A stretch of DNA of 64,000 nt, from the NCBI GenBank assembly GCA_965116875.1, contig OZ220733.1, forward strand, positions 3,281,803-3,345,802. Direction: 5' to 3'. The notes under the pieces were generated by a model that was given only the letters and a program-made list of their open reading frames with translations, was not told the DNA's origin and searched no databases. Shown one piece after another: positions 18,221 through 26,305 of the stretch. The translations under genes and the position numbers were made by a program. Each line of letters starts with the position of its first letter. The first letter of the stretch is position 1. Source of the DNA: Candidatus Latescibacterota bacterium. Its GTDB lineage: Bacteria > Latescibacterota > UBA2968 > GCA-2709665.

Positions 18221-18490
18221 CCAGACTGTTTAAAACCCACTGGAAAAAATTTCTATTTAGTGGCTTTGATAGAGTCTAATTATCGTCAGTTGCAATTGAA
18301 GCCGACGAAACTCCAATATGCCTCTTAATGGCTGAAAGATCATTTTTCAACGCTGAGAGATCTCTTTTAATGACCAGAACATTCTTTTCTATGGCATCAA
18401 GTCGTCCATCTATGCTTAAAGCATAACCGGCTGATCAACCTACCTTGGAGGAACAAGCATTCTGCTTTGCTTTACAATGAAAGAAACTGT

Positions 18491-20215
18491 CTATTTCGCC
18501 TTTAGCCGTAACCATTCGGACTCAGTTAGTCCAACGCGCGATAATTCCCTTCCGAATTGCTCAGCGGCACGTTGCGCATGTTCCGTTTTCAGCTCGGCTA
18601 TCCACTCATAGCCCCTCTCTTCATCATCCCAAAAGACAAATCGATTTCTGTCGTCCTTCGTGGCGCAAAGCGCGTCGTCGTGAGACTTGAAGTGCGAAAC
18701 GAAAACACACGACACCTTGGGACTATGCAATAGTCGGATAAATTCGCCCATGGAGTCGTTGACGCAATGTGTAATTTTACGACCGTCTTCGGCTACACTT
18801 AAGACATTAAATGCAAACGGTTGGCTCTTGCCTTCAATTCTTACACTGTCACACACTGGTTGGAGGCAAAGCAAGTAACGGTTATCGCCGGCCAACTCCC
18901 TAACAATCACGCCCAAATGCAATAATCTCGGAGAATCTCCATATTGTATTCTTTGACTCATTAAGGATGCGAGTTTCTCATTGCATTGAGCTGTTTGACC
19001 ATTGCCCAATAGGTACTCGACTAACTTTATGCGTCCATTTCTGTCATCCTTCCAGATGGGATTGCCGGATTCACCTTGTTCAACTAGACGCCCTACGCGG
19101 CTCCCTCTGAAACTAGAATACTCATACTGAAGATTGGGCCCGTTGCAGAACACATCTTTGACAAAATTGAGACCGTTAGCTCCTTCGCCGATCTTCAATT
19201 CGGCATTTGTGTTTTCTTCCCAGGTTTTCTCGCACCAATCTTCAAGGATTTTTCTTACGCAAACAGCTGATCCTAGAGGCAAATCCCCCAATGTGTCAAT
19301 TAACACGGAATTGAGTTCATCGGTCAATAGGGTTACGATCTGCCGGAAAGCTTCGTCAGGAAGCAGAAGGGCACGGTGAGCCAGAAAGGGTGCATCCAAT
19401 TCTTGGTTGAATCGTGTTAGAATGCGGCGACTATTGTCGCGAATATTCGCGATCCCTCGTAGCACGATTCCCTGCAAGATACCGTTGGTAAGCTGGGAGA
19501 ACTCGCGTATTGTACGCTCAGCCAATTCTGCCTCCGGCACTCGTTCATTTGAAAAATTCGGTTGAGTCACACTTCGAGGTTTTCCGAGTACAACGACCCT
19601 GGCACACTCGGTCGTAAGCACAGGTTGCTCGGATTCACAATCTACACACAGCTGGTGACGATTGAACAAGGCATCGGATATCTCTTTCGCGATTTTCTGG
19701 AGTTCTCTTTCCAGAGTGTAGACAAGCACGAGGCGCAATTGATTCGGTAAATCTGCCTGACTTAGCTTAATGAGGCTTCCAATGAGCTTGATGGCCTTAC
19801 TACCAGATGCATCTCCGAGATCCCAGTCAACAATTGTAACGTCAGCACTCGAGCATAAACCATAGACTTCTGACTCTTCATCGAAAGATGCATTTGCTGG
19901 AGGCTGATACAGCGAACAGATAATCCGCCTCTCGGCGAAACTATTCTGTACATCACGAAATGACGCCTCTTCAAGCTCCTCAGGCATTTGCCCGGCTTCA
20001 TCTTCATTGCCACTCGCTTCGAATGAAGATGTTGGGCTTTTCACCGCTGGCAGGCGTCCCGCTTCCTTTGGATCATCCAGTGGCGTGGGCGGACCCCCAA
20101 TCGCGTCGTCGTATATTCGATCATCAACCAAAACTACAGTCTGGAGATATTGCTCGGCAGAATCATAAACAAACTGTTTGAATGCGGAATTCTTGCTTTC
20201 AGTCATTTTCTTCAT
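18491..20215 (-). CDS. Receiver (REC)-like domain protein with a ~350-aa C-terminal region of unknown function
   Basis: Track ORF 18491..20242. Likely start is ATG 20215 or 20206, overlapping the upstream stop. REC landmarks in track numbering: VVLVDD (36-41), TIVDWDL (Asp139, codon 19828..19826), LVLVYT (Thr176), VVLGKP (Lys221). There is an acidic/Pro-rich insert between beta1 and beta2. I recognise no motif after about aa 230. Confidence 0.7.
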   Translation of the reverse strand: MKKMTESKNSAFKQFVYDSAEQYLQTVVLVDDRIYDDAIGGPPTPLDDPKEAGRLPAVKSPTSSFEASGNEDEAGQMPEELEEASFRDVQNSFAERRIICSLYQPPANASFDEESEVYGLCSSADVTIVDWDLGDASGSKAIKLIGSLIKLSQADLPNQLRLVLVYTLERELQKIAKEISDALFNRHQLCVDCESEQPVLTTECARVVVLGKPRSVTQPNFSNERVPEAELAERTIREFSQLTNGILQGIVLRGIANIRDNSRRILTRFNQELDAPFLAHRALLLPDEAFRQIVTLLTDELNSVLIDTLGDLPLGSAVCVRKILEDWCEKTWEENTNAELKIGEGANGLNFVKDVFCNGPNLQYEYSSFRGSRVGRLVEQGESGNPIWKDDRNGRIKLVEYLLGNGQTAQCNEKLASLMSQRIQYGDSPRLLHLGVIVRELAGDNRYLLCLQPVCDSVRIEGKSQPFAFNVLSVAEDGRKITHCVNDSMGEFIRLLHSPKVSCVFVSHFKSHDDALCATKDDRNRFVFWDDEERGYEWIAELKTEHAQRAAEQFGRELSRVGLTESEWLRLKAK

Positions 20216-23159
20216 TCCAATACAAATAGAATAGAACCCCATCGTCAGGACTTCTATTCAGGTCTAGAGTAAGGGTCATCCCTTCCTTATTTAATACCCT
20301 TTTTGAGATGTAAAGGCCCAGGCCTCGGCCTCGTGGTTTGCGCGAGAATCCCTTTTCAAAAATGGACTCAGCATCTCGACGTGGGATTGGCGGACCGTTG
20401 TTCCCAATGCAATAGGCACTGTCGGTGCAATCTAACTGAATCAGACGTTCACCGGGCTTGTCCTTAAGCCAGAAAATGAAGTTATCCAAAAGATTGACAA
20501 ATACCGGATAAATTGTTGATGGGTACGTGCGAACTATACTATCAACGAAATTCTGTGTCGCATCCAGCTGGATTCTATGACGTTCAAGCCGTACACCGAA
20601 TAGCGCACGAACATAGTAGACGACTTCCTTTCCAGTTATGTCGATTTGTTGACGATATAGTCGCCGCTGTAGAGGCGTAAATAGATTCAAATGAGCATCT
20701 AGATGTTCAAAATTCGTCCTGATTCCGCGGTAGATGGGCTGCAGCCCGTCATTGGCCTTGGCCCACGTTCCGAGTTCTCTCAGATCTCTGCGTATCATCT
20801 TGATTACAGCCTCGAATTCATGGTTTATTACCGCAATCGCAAGTCCCATTTGGACTAGCTCTTCATCCGTATCAGCCTTTTCTTGTAGGGCGTAAAGTTC
20901 AGTTTCCAGGGCTTCTGCGATGTCGAGTTGGCTAATGTCCGTTCCTTCATTAATCCCGTCAGCAATACCTGTCAACATTTCGCGAACACCTTCAAGTCTG
21001 CCAGTGTTCCTTAAGGCTACAGCATCGATTCGTTGTTGGTAGTCTGACCTTATGTCCTCGATCTGCTTTGGCTGTAGATCGCTGAGGTCGCTGTGAGCAA
21101 GATTTAACTCGATTTCTGCAATTACGTTACGCAATTCCCGCAGGGATGCATTAGTCGCACTAATAGAAGCGCGTCGTGCATCTCCTGCTGCTTGCCGTAA
21201 CGCGCTCGATTCAATGCGTAAAGCTGTGTTCTGCGTATCGGCGGCATTTTGAATGAGCTCTTGAATGCGTCGACGTTGGTCAATATGGATATTCGCTATT
21301 TCCGCCGTTGATACAAGTGATTCCCCCACTTGCTTTGCAAAAGGAGCAAAGACATCAGCTTCAAGTCTGTCGCGTTCCCTCTGATACGCTTCCCAATCGC
21401 CGGTAAGCCTCTTGGTCAAACCGACGCCTCGGGGCCGAGTTATTGAATACTTCGCCCGCATCTCTTCGAGCTCCCGATTGGCTTCCCGTTCTGTGTCAAG
21501 AAGCTCGGCGGATGCAATGTCAGGATCACCATTCTCAGATGCTGTTTTCATCCTATCTTGTATATGTTGCAGAAGTTCCGCGATTTCGAATTCGGGTAAA
21601 GCATCTTGTGTTTTGGCAAAAAACATTTCAAGTGCAGTGGCAAGCCTGGCTCGCTTTGCAGTTGTCTGTTTTTCTCTATTCCTGCGGGCACGTTCCAACC
21701 GATCGAGTTCGTCCTTGCGTTCGTGAAAATAGTCTCCTTGGGGCGCTTCTTTGCGAAAAAAATCGGCCGCCAACTGAATGAATACGTTTTCCAACACGCT
21801 TTTGAACTGCTTGTAAGCCTTGTTTTTTTGGAAACCTTCACGCCCCGCTTTTTCTTTTAGTGCCGCGTTGTTCTCTTTCGTGAGGCACACCGCACCATAT
21901 ATCCGCCTATACGAAAAGAAGTAGTAACCCATACCTTTGTTTCGGCGCAACTCGATATCGAGCCAATCTATATCCGAATTGCCGTAAGGGAGGATTCGAA
22001 TCATATCCCGGTAAACGTAGAGCCCGCCGATCCTGTCTAGTTTTTCATTCAGCCTAGTCCAGTCTTCAGGATCCGCCATGCTTTCCCGTTGAATACCTTG
22101 CAAATAGCCAAATTCCAGCTGGAATGGGCCACATGCCGTCGGCTTGCCGCCGCCATCCTTCCATGAGACAATATGATCAGGGAATTCTTGGTCATAAACC
22201 CTTACCTTTCCCCTAAATTGGCCGTATTCATCAATATTGCCACTGACGAACTGATCGGACAGAGCTAAGTCTTCGTTGGTAAAAAACTCATTTGGACCGA
22301 TCAGATCCTCATGCGATGTATCTGTAGGCCAAAAACGGAATGCTGTTTCTAAAGGCAGAGGGTTATCCACCCCAAACGTCCGATTGCAGAAACCTAGAAG
22401 ACACTTGCTGAATTCGTTGGTTCCGTCCGATTGCTCTGACTTGATGTCCGCAAGAATAGTTTCGTCAGCAGGTGCAATATAAAAATGTGTGCCGCTCTCA
22501 CAATTAGCGAGCGAGAGACCCTCAATAGTTCGCTCAAAATTTCGCGGATCGACCTGAAAGCCGGCAATATCCGAAAGAATGCTCGAAAGGTCACACCATG
22601 GGAAATCTCTTTGAAGTTGATTGACATTGGTAGCGTTCTCGTTCAATAAATCGACGATATCCTCATTTGCCGGGAGATTGCCTTCTGGAACGCATCTGAT
22701 AGGGATTTCAATATCCTCTAAATTAACGGATGGTTGTCCGAATAGCCCCCAATGAACATAACACATGACGAGATTGCCGCGATGCCCTTCTCGTGCGGAC
22801 CTCGTTAGCACAAGAACTTGCCGCCCAAGGAATGCGATCGCAAGTCGCCCGATTCCCTTCTCTCCCATGATAGCGCGCTCTGGCTTGTCAGCCGGCCGGA
22901 ACTCCGTACCCTGCGGCGATCTGACCTTACTATCCGTACCAAGGACCAACCATTTCGACTCGAATTCCTCACGCGACATTCCAACCCCATCATCACGAAT
23001 GACTAGGAGCGAATCAGAACCGAAGAAGTCCACTTCAACATGATCTGCATAGGCATCGTGAGCATTCTTAAATAGCTCATTAATGGCGGTGGAGGCGTCG
23101 GCGATTTGCTGCCTTCCCAGCATATCAACCGCTCGCGCTTTTGTTCGGAATCTAGCCAT
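20199..23159 (-). CDS. Hybrid GHKL protein: N-terminal MutL/MORC/Hsp90-type ATPase module, coiled coil, then histidine-kinase DHp + CA core
   Basis: 986 aa. N-terminal Bergerat motifs NELFKNAHDA (27-36), DDGVGM (56-61), GEKGIGRL (99-106). Charged heptad-like region at about 480-770. H-box GLAIAVINHEFEAVI (His780, codon 20822..20820). N-box VFVNLLDNFIFW, GNNGPPI, IFEKGFS, GRGLGLYIS at 886-951. No TM segment seen. Confidence 0.8.
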   Translation of the reverse strand: MARFRTKARAVDMLGRQQIADASTAINELFKNAHDAYADHVEVDFFGSDSLLVIRDDGVGMSREEFESKWLVLGTDSKVRSPQGTEFRPADKPERAIMGEKGIGRLAIAFLGRQVLVLTRSAREGHRGNLVMCYVHWGLFGQPSVNLEDIEIPIRCVPEGNLPANEDIVDLLNENATNVNQLQRDFPWCDLSSILSDIAGFQVDPRNFERTIEGLSLANCESGTHFYIAPADETILADIKSEQSDGTNEFSKCLLGFCNRTFGVDNPLPLETAFRFWPTDTSHEDLIGPNEFFTNEDLALSDQFVSGNIDEYGQFRGKVRVYDQEFPDHIVSWKDGGGKPTACGPFQLEFGYLQGIQRESMADPEDWTRLNEKLDRIGGLYVYRDMIRILPYGNSDIDWLDIELRRNKGMGYYFFSYRRIYGAVCLTKENNAALKEKAGREGFQKNKAYKQFKSVLENVFIQLAADFFRKEAPQGDYFHERKDELDRLERARRNREKQTTAKRARLATALEMFFAKTQDALPEFEIAELLQHIQDRMKTASENGDPDIASAELLDTEREANRELEEMRAKYSITRPRGVGLTKRLTGDWEAYQRERDRLEADVFAPFAKQVGESLVSTAEIANIHIDQRRRIQELIQNAADTQNTALRIESSALRQAAGDARRASISATNASLRELRNVIAEIELNLAHSDLSDLQPKQIEDIRSDYQQRIDAVALRNTGRLEGVREMLTGIADGINEGTDISQLDIAEALETELYALQEKADTDEELVQMGLAIAVINHEFEAVIKMIRRDLRELGTWAKANDGLQPIYRGIRTNFEHLDAHLNLFTPLQRRLYRQQIDITGKEVVYYVRALFGVRLERHRIQLDATQNFVDSIVRTYPSTIYPVFVNLLDNFIFWLKDKPGERLIQLDCTDSAYCIGNNGPPIPRRDAESIFEKGFSRKPRGRGLGLYISKRVLNKEGMTLTLDLNRSPDDGVLFYLYWNEEND

Positions 23160-24267
23160 TTTTTAGATCCGCTGTCTTGACGTGGTCGTTGAAATGTAGA
23201 CCGAATGCTTTTGCAACAGGTACTGGAACCGCATTACCTATCTGACGCGCCATGGATGCCAGTGAACCTGTAAACTCGAAACTATCTGGAAATCCCTGAA
23301 GGCGGGCTGCCTCGCGTACTGATATGGCACGGTCTTGCTTTGGGTGGCCGAATCTTCCGTTTGAATAACTGATGCAGCGCGTCGTTAAACCGGGTGCAGG
23401 CTCGTCCCACGCAAGTCGTGTGTAACAGTCCGAATGGCCATTGTAGCGTTTTCCGTTTTCCTTCAAGGTATAGCATTTCGGCAGGAGCGACTCGGGCCAG
23501 TCCCGACGCCCGTTTTCGTGGGTCTTCCTGATCCGCTTTAGATTCAGATCGGAAAGTGCAGCAGCGCGGTGATTCGGGTATTTTTGTTCATCTGGATGCT
23601 CTGTGCCTTGCTTAATAGTTGGAAGATCTTCTATCGCATCCCTAACCGTTCTATACGCTACGTTTCGATCTCGTCCGTGAGTTGGCTCAGGAAGTGCGAT
23701 CTTACCAAGAAGACTTGCCACTAGAACTAGCCTTCTGCGAACCTGCGGCACTCCATAGTCCTGCGCGAAGATTATACCGTAATCGATATTGTAACCGTCT
23801 CTATCCAATTGATCGACCAAATGTGAAAACGGGTTGTGATTCTCGACGGACACACTTCGAAAACCAGGGACATTTTCAACGAATACCAATTCTGGCAAAC
23901 AATCATGGACAATCGACGAGAAATGTCCCAAAAGACCATGACGATTGTCTTCGGATAACTCCTGCTTAGAATTCGTTTTTTGTTTAGTGAAGGGCTGACA
24001 AGGAGGACAGCCACAGAACAATTTCACCTCGGATTCGCAGCTATAGTAGGCATTTATCCGTTCTGCACTTACTACTTCAATCGGCTCGTTGATCACCGAA
24101 GCACCTTTAAAATTCTTCTTGAATGTACCGACAGCATCAGGACACGAATCAACTGCAAGCGCGTGTTCAATTCCGGATTCGTGAAAACCTAAGCTGGTTC
24201 CGCCGCAACCGGAAAAGAAGTCGAATACTCGAATGGGTATATTAGGGGGCATTTTCGAGCTTGTCAC
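23152..24267 (-). CDS. dcm: DNA (cytosine-5)-methyltransferase
   Basis: 371 aa. Motif I FDFFSGCGGTSLGF, motif IV GCPPCQPFT, motif VI FVENVPGF, motif VIII QDYGVPQVRRRLVLV, motif X GNAVPVPVA. Confidence 0.95.
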   Translation of the reverse strand: MTSSKMPPNIPIRVFDFFSGCGGTSLGFHESGIEHALAVDSCPDAVGTFKKNFKGASVINEPIEVVSAERINAYYSCESEVKLFCGCPPCQPFTKQKTNSKQELSEDNRHGLLGHFSSIVHDCLPELVFVENVPGFRSVSVENHNPFSHLVDQLDRDGYNIDYGIIFAQDYGVPQVRRRLVLVASLLGKIALPEPTHGRDRNVAYRTVRDAIEDLPTIKQGTEHPDEQKYPNHRAAALSDLNLKRIRKTHENGRRDWPESLLPKCYTLKENGKRYNGHSDCYTRLAWDEPAPGLTTRCISYSNGRFGHPKQDRAISVREAARLQGFPDSFEFTGSLASMARQIGNAVPVPVAKAFGLHFNDHVKTADLKNG

Positions 24268-24281
24268 ACTGATTCCTGCCT

Positions 24282-24761
24282 TTAGGGCAGTTGAGCGGGC
24301 ATCGGACCAGAGATTTCAATTGTTTCACGGGCCGACATTAGGAATCGACCAAGCCGAATGCACACTCGACCGAGTGCCTCGTGTCGGTCGATGCCTGGTC
24401 TGCGCACAGAACATTCCCAGATGATAGCAACTCGCCAGCCAAGGCATCGTAGTTCGCAAATAGATTTCAAATCTCGCGCTCTATTGTCTTCTAGTTTCTT
24501 GCGCCACCAGTTTGCTCGTGTATGCGGTATCTTGGATCTCGCGCATCCATGATTGTGCCAGAAGCAGCCGTTAACGAATATGACCACCGAGTATTTTGGC
24601 AGCACTATGTCCGGCTTTCCAGGCAAATCTTTGCGATGCAGCCGGTAGCGAAAGCCTTGGGCGAAGAGACTCCGCCGTACTTCAGTTTCAAGCTTGCTAT
24701 TCTTGCCACCAACCGCCGACATCATCCTGCTTCGAGTTTGTTTGTCAACGAAGTCAGTCAA
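24282..24761 (-). CDS. vsr: Very-short-patch repair endonuclease
   Basis: 159 aa. SRMMSAVGGKNSKLETEVRRSLFAQGFRYRLH..LPGKPDIVLPKY.VVIFVNGCFWHNHGC...NWWRKKLEDNRARD...GWRVAIIWEC is the classical Vsr pattern. Sits 14 nt upstream of dcm. Confidence 0.9.
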   Translation of the reverse strand: MTDFVDKQTRSRMMSAVGGKNSKLETEVRRSLFAQGFRYRLHRKDLPGKPDIVLPKYSVVIFVNGCFWHNHGCARSKIPHTRANWWRKKLEDNRARDLKSICELRCLGWRVAIIWECSVRRPGIDRHEALGRVCIRLGRFLMSARETIEISGPMPAQLP

Positions 24762-24982
24762 TTAGCCGGCCCTACAATTCTTGTACTTTGATTGTCGAAT
24801 GACCCATAATTAATGCGAATATAGGAATGTTAATCAGTTGGACCAATCGTGTTTGTCCAGATTTCCTGAACGGTACACCTTACCCCGCGGAAGTCCACAC
24901 TACTTAAGTGTCAACACTATCACCTTTTCTACGCCGAAATACTCGAATCGAAGTTTCAAACCATCGAACTCTTCTTTGCCCT

Positions 24983-25906
24983 TTATTTTATCCTTAATTC
25001 GAATGCCAGCGGTTCCAATTTGTCTGGCTGGATTGTCCACGGACTTACTAACACGAGGTTTCCGCCCCTTCCGATCGGTGGATCAGTACTTCGCGTTAGT
25101 TTAATGTCCGACACGACTGCAAGTAGTGTATTCGGCGATTTCGCACGAGCGAGAGCGACCTCGTTTCTGGTAACGATGATCTTTTCGCCTTTGCCGGTCG
25201 TCCCTTTAACTTCAACAAACAGCTCGTCACCATTCGAATAGCAGATAAAGTCACAAGATTCCGTTGCCGAAACGTCTTTTACGTTGGGCCAATCGATCGA
25301 CAGGTGATCTTGAACAACGTGCATTGCTCGCAGCTCGATCGCCCGACGTTCTTGCGCATTGAGATGTCGGCCCTGTCCTTGGCTCTTGCGAAGTGGGCGC
25401 ACGATTGGGCTAATCTCCTCATCAGAAACAGAGATGATTGGATGTTGGGCTAACATCGATGCCGCCTCATGGACATTAGTCGGGAGACCGGAGACATAGA
25501 ACCTCATACGCTTATTGTTATTGCCGGGAAATCTTGCGCTTGGTTTTTGACCAATTGAACGTTGTGACCTGCACAGAGCCCTTCGTAACGCTTGAGAATC
25601 AATTGAGCGAATGTCAATTGGGAATGAATCGACCGCTAACCTCCGGTTTTCTCTCGATAAACCCATTCGTTGTGTGGTCTTTGTATCGACCACGGCATCC
25701 TCGAGGAAACAGCCGCTTCGCGCTAGGCGGCTTAAGAGCAACTCAACCCCTTGGTTATATTCGGCATTTCTCTCGTTCGGTCCACCGATCGAACCCCCTC
25801 GTGATTCTACCACAACGGAAGTCTCTCCGTCTGCAAACTCAACCGAAAACTGCGCCTTTATCGGATTTCCGATTCTGTCGCAGACCGTCTGGAGGCCGCT
25901 TGTCAT
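24983..25906 (-). CDS. DUF3883-like (PD-(D/E)xK-type) nuclease-domain protein with an uncharacterised N-terminal domain; candidate restriction or effector nuclease
   Basis: 307 aa. C-terminal ERRAIELRAMHVVQDHL...SCDFICYSNGDELFVEVKGTTGKGEKIIVTRNEVALARAKSPNTLLAVVSDI matches the D...EVK...T.NE pattern of DUF3883-type domains from memory. I do not recognise the N-terminal ~190 aa. Confidence 0.55.
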   Translation of the reverse strand: MTSGLQTVCDRIGNPIKAQFSVEFADGETSVVVESRGGSIGGPNERNAEYNQGVELLLSRLARSGCFLEDAVVDTKTTQRMGLSRENRRLAVDSFPIDIRSIDSQALRRALCRSQRSIGQKPSARFPGNNNKRMRFYVSGLPTNVHEAASMLAQHPIISVSDEEISPIVRPLRKSQGQGRHLNAQERRAIELRAMHVVQDHLSIDWPNVKDVSATESCDFICYSNGDELFVEVKGTTGKGEKIIVTRNEVALARAKSPNTLLAVVSDIKLTRSTDPPIGRGGNLVLVSPWTIQPDKLEPLAFELRIK

Positions 25907-26067
25907 AGTTGTCTTCCTCAGCTAACATTACAATCCAAATGTTCCGCCCAAAGCTAGGCGTTTGTGACGATCCTGATGTAATCAAAAAGGGTACGATCTG
26001 CTGAGTTCTTGGTGAGCCGTCTTTCTCTTCGTGATACCAAATATATCCTATAGATAGGAGATTATGG

Positions 26068-26268
26068 GTGAAATATGCGTCCAGATTTCCGAAAGGCTGG
26101 GACGAGGACCGCGTCCGACGCCTCCTGAAACATTACGAATCACAGACAGAAGACGAGACAGCTGCGGAGGATGAAGCGGTAATAGAGGATCCAAGCCAGA
26201 CACTTATGGCAATACCCAAGGCTCTGGTTCCTTCAGTACAAGCGCTTCTGGCGCAACGCGACGAGTGA
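26068..26268 (+). CDS. Small antitoxin-like protein (orphan; no toxin gene adjacent)
   Basis: 66 aa, GTG start with AGGAG 8 nt upstream. RFPKGWDEDRVRRLLKHYESQTEDETAAEDEAVIEDPSQTLMAIPKALVPSVQALL is homologous to the C-half of 17666..18130. Confidence 0.5.
   Translation: MKYASRFPKGWDEDRVRRLLKHYESQTEDETAAEDEAVIEDPSQTLMAIPKALVPSVQALLAQRDE
26098..26220. repeat. 123-bp imperfect direct repeat, right copy
   Basis: See 17978..18100. Confidence 0.9.
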
Positions 26269-26305
26269 ACTCAAGTTACTTTCTCGATCCCGTCTTTCCC
26301 GCCCA

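Noticed and set aside
18279-18434. Coiled-coil-like 52-codon minus-strand frame downstream of the receiver gene (…IDGRLDAIEKNVLVIKRDLSALKNDLSAIKRHIGV…)
   Set aside because: It has no ATG or GTG, and only an internal TTG that would give 24 aa. It is bounded by an in-frame TGA and is too short to call. It may be a gene remnant or a small peptide using a non-canonical start, but the sequence does not support a call.
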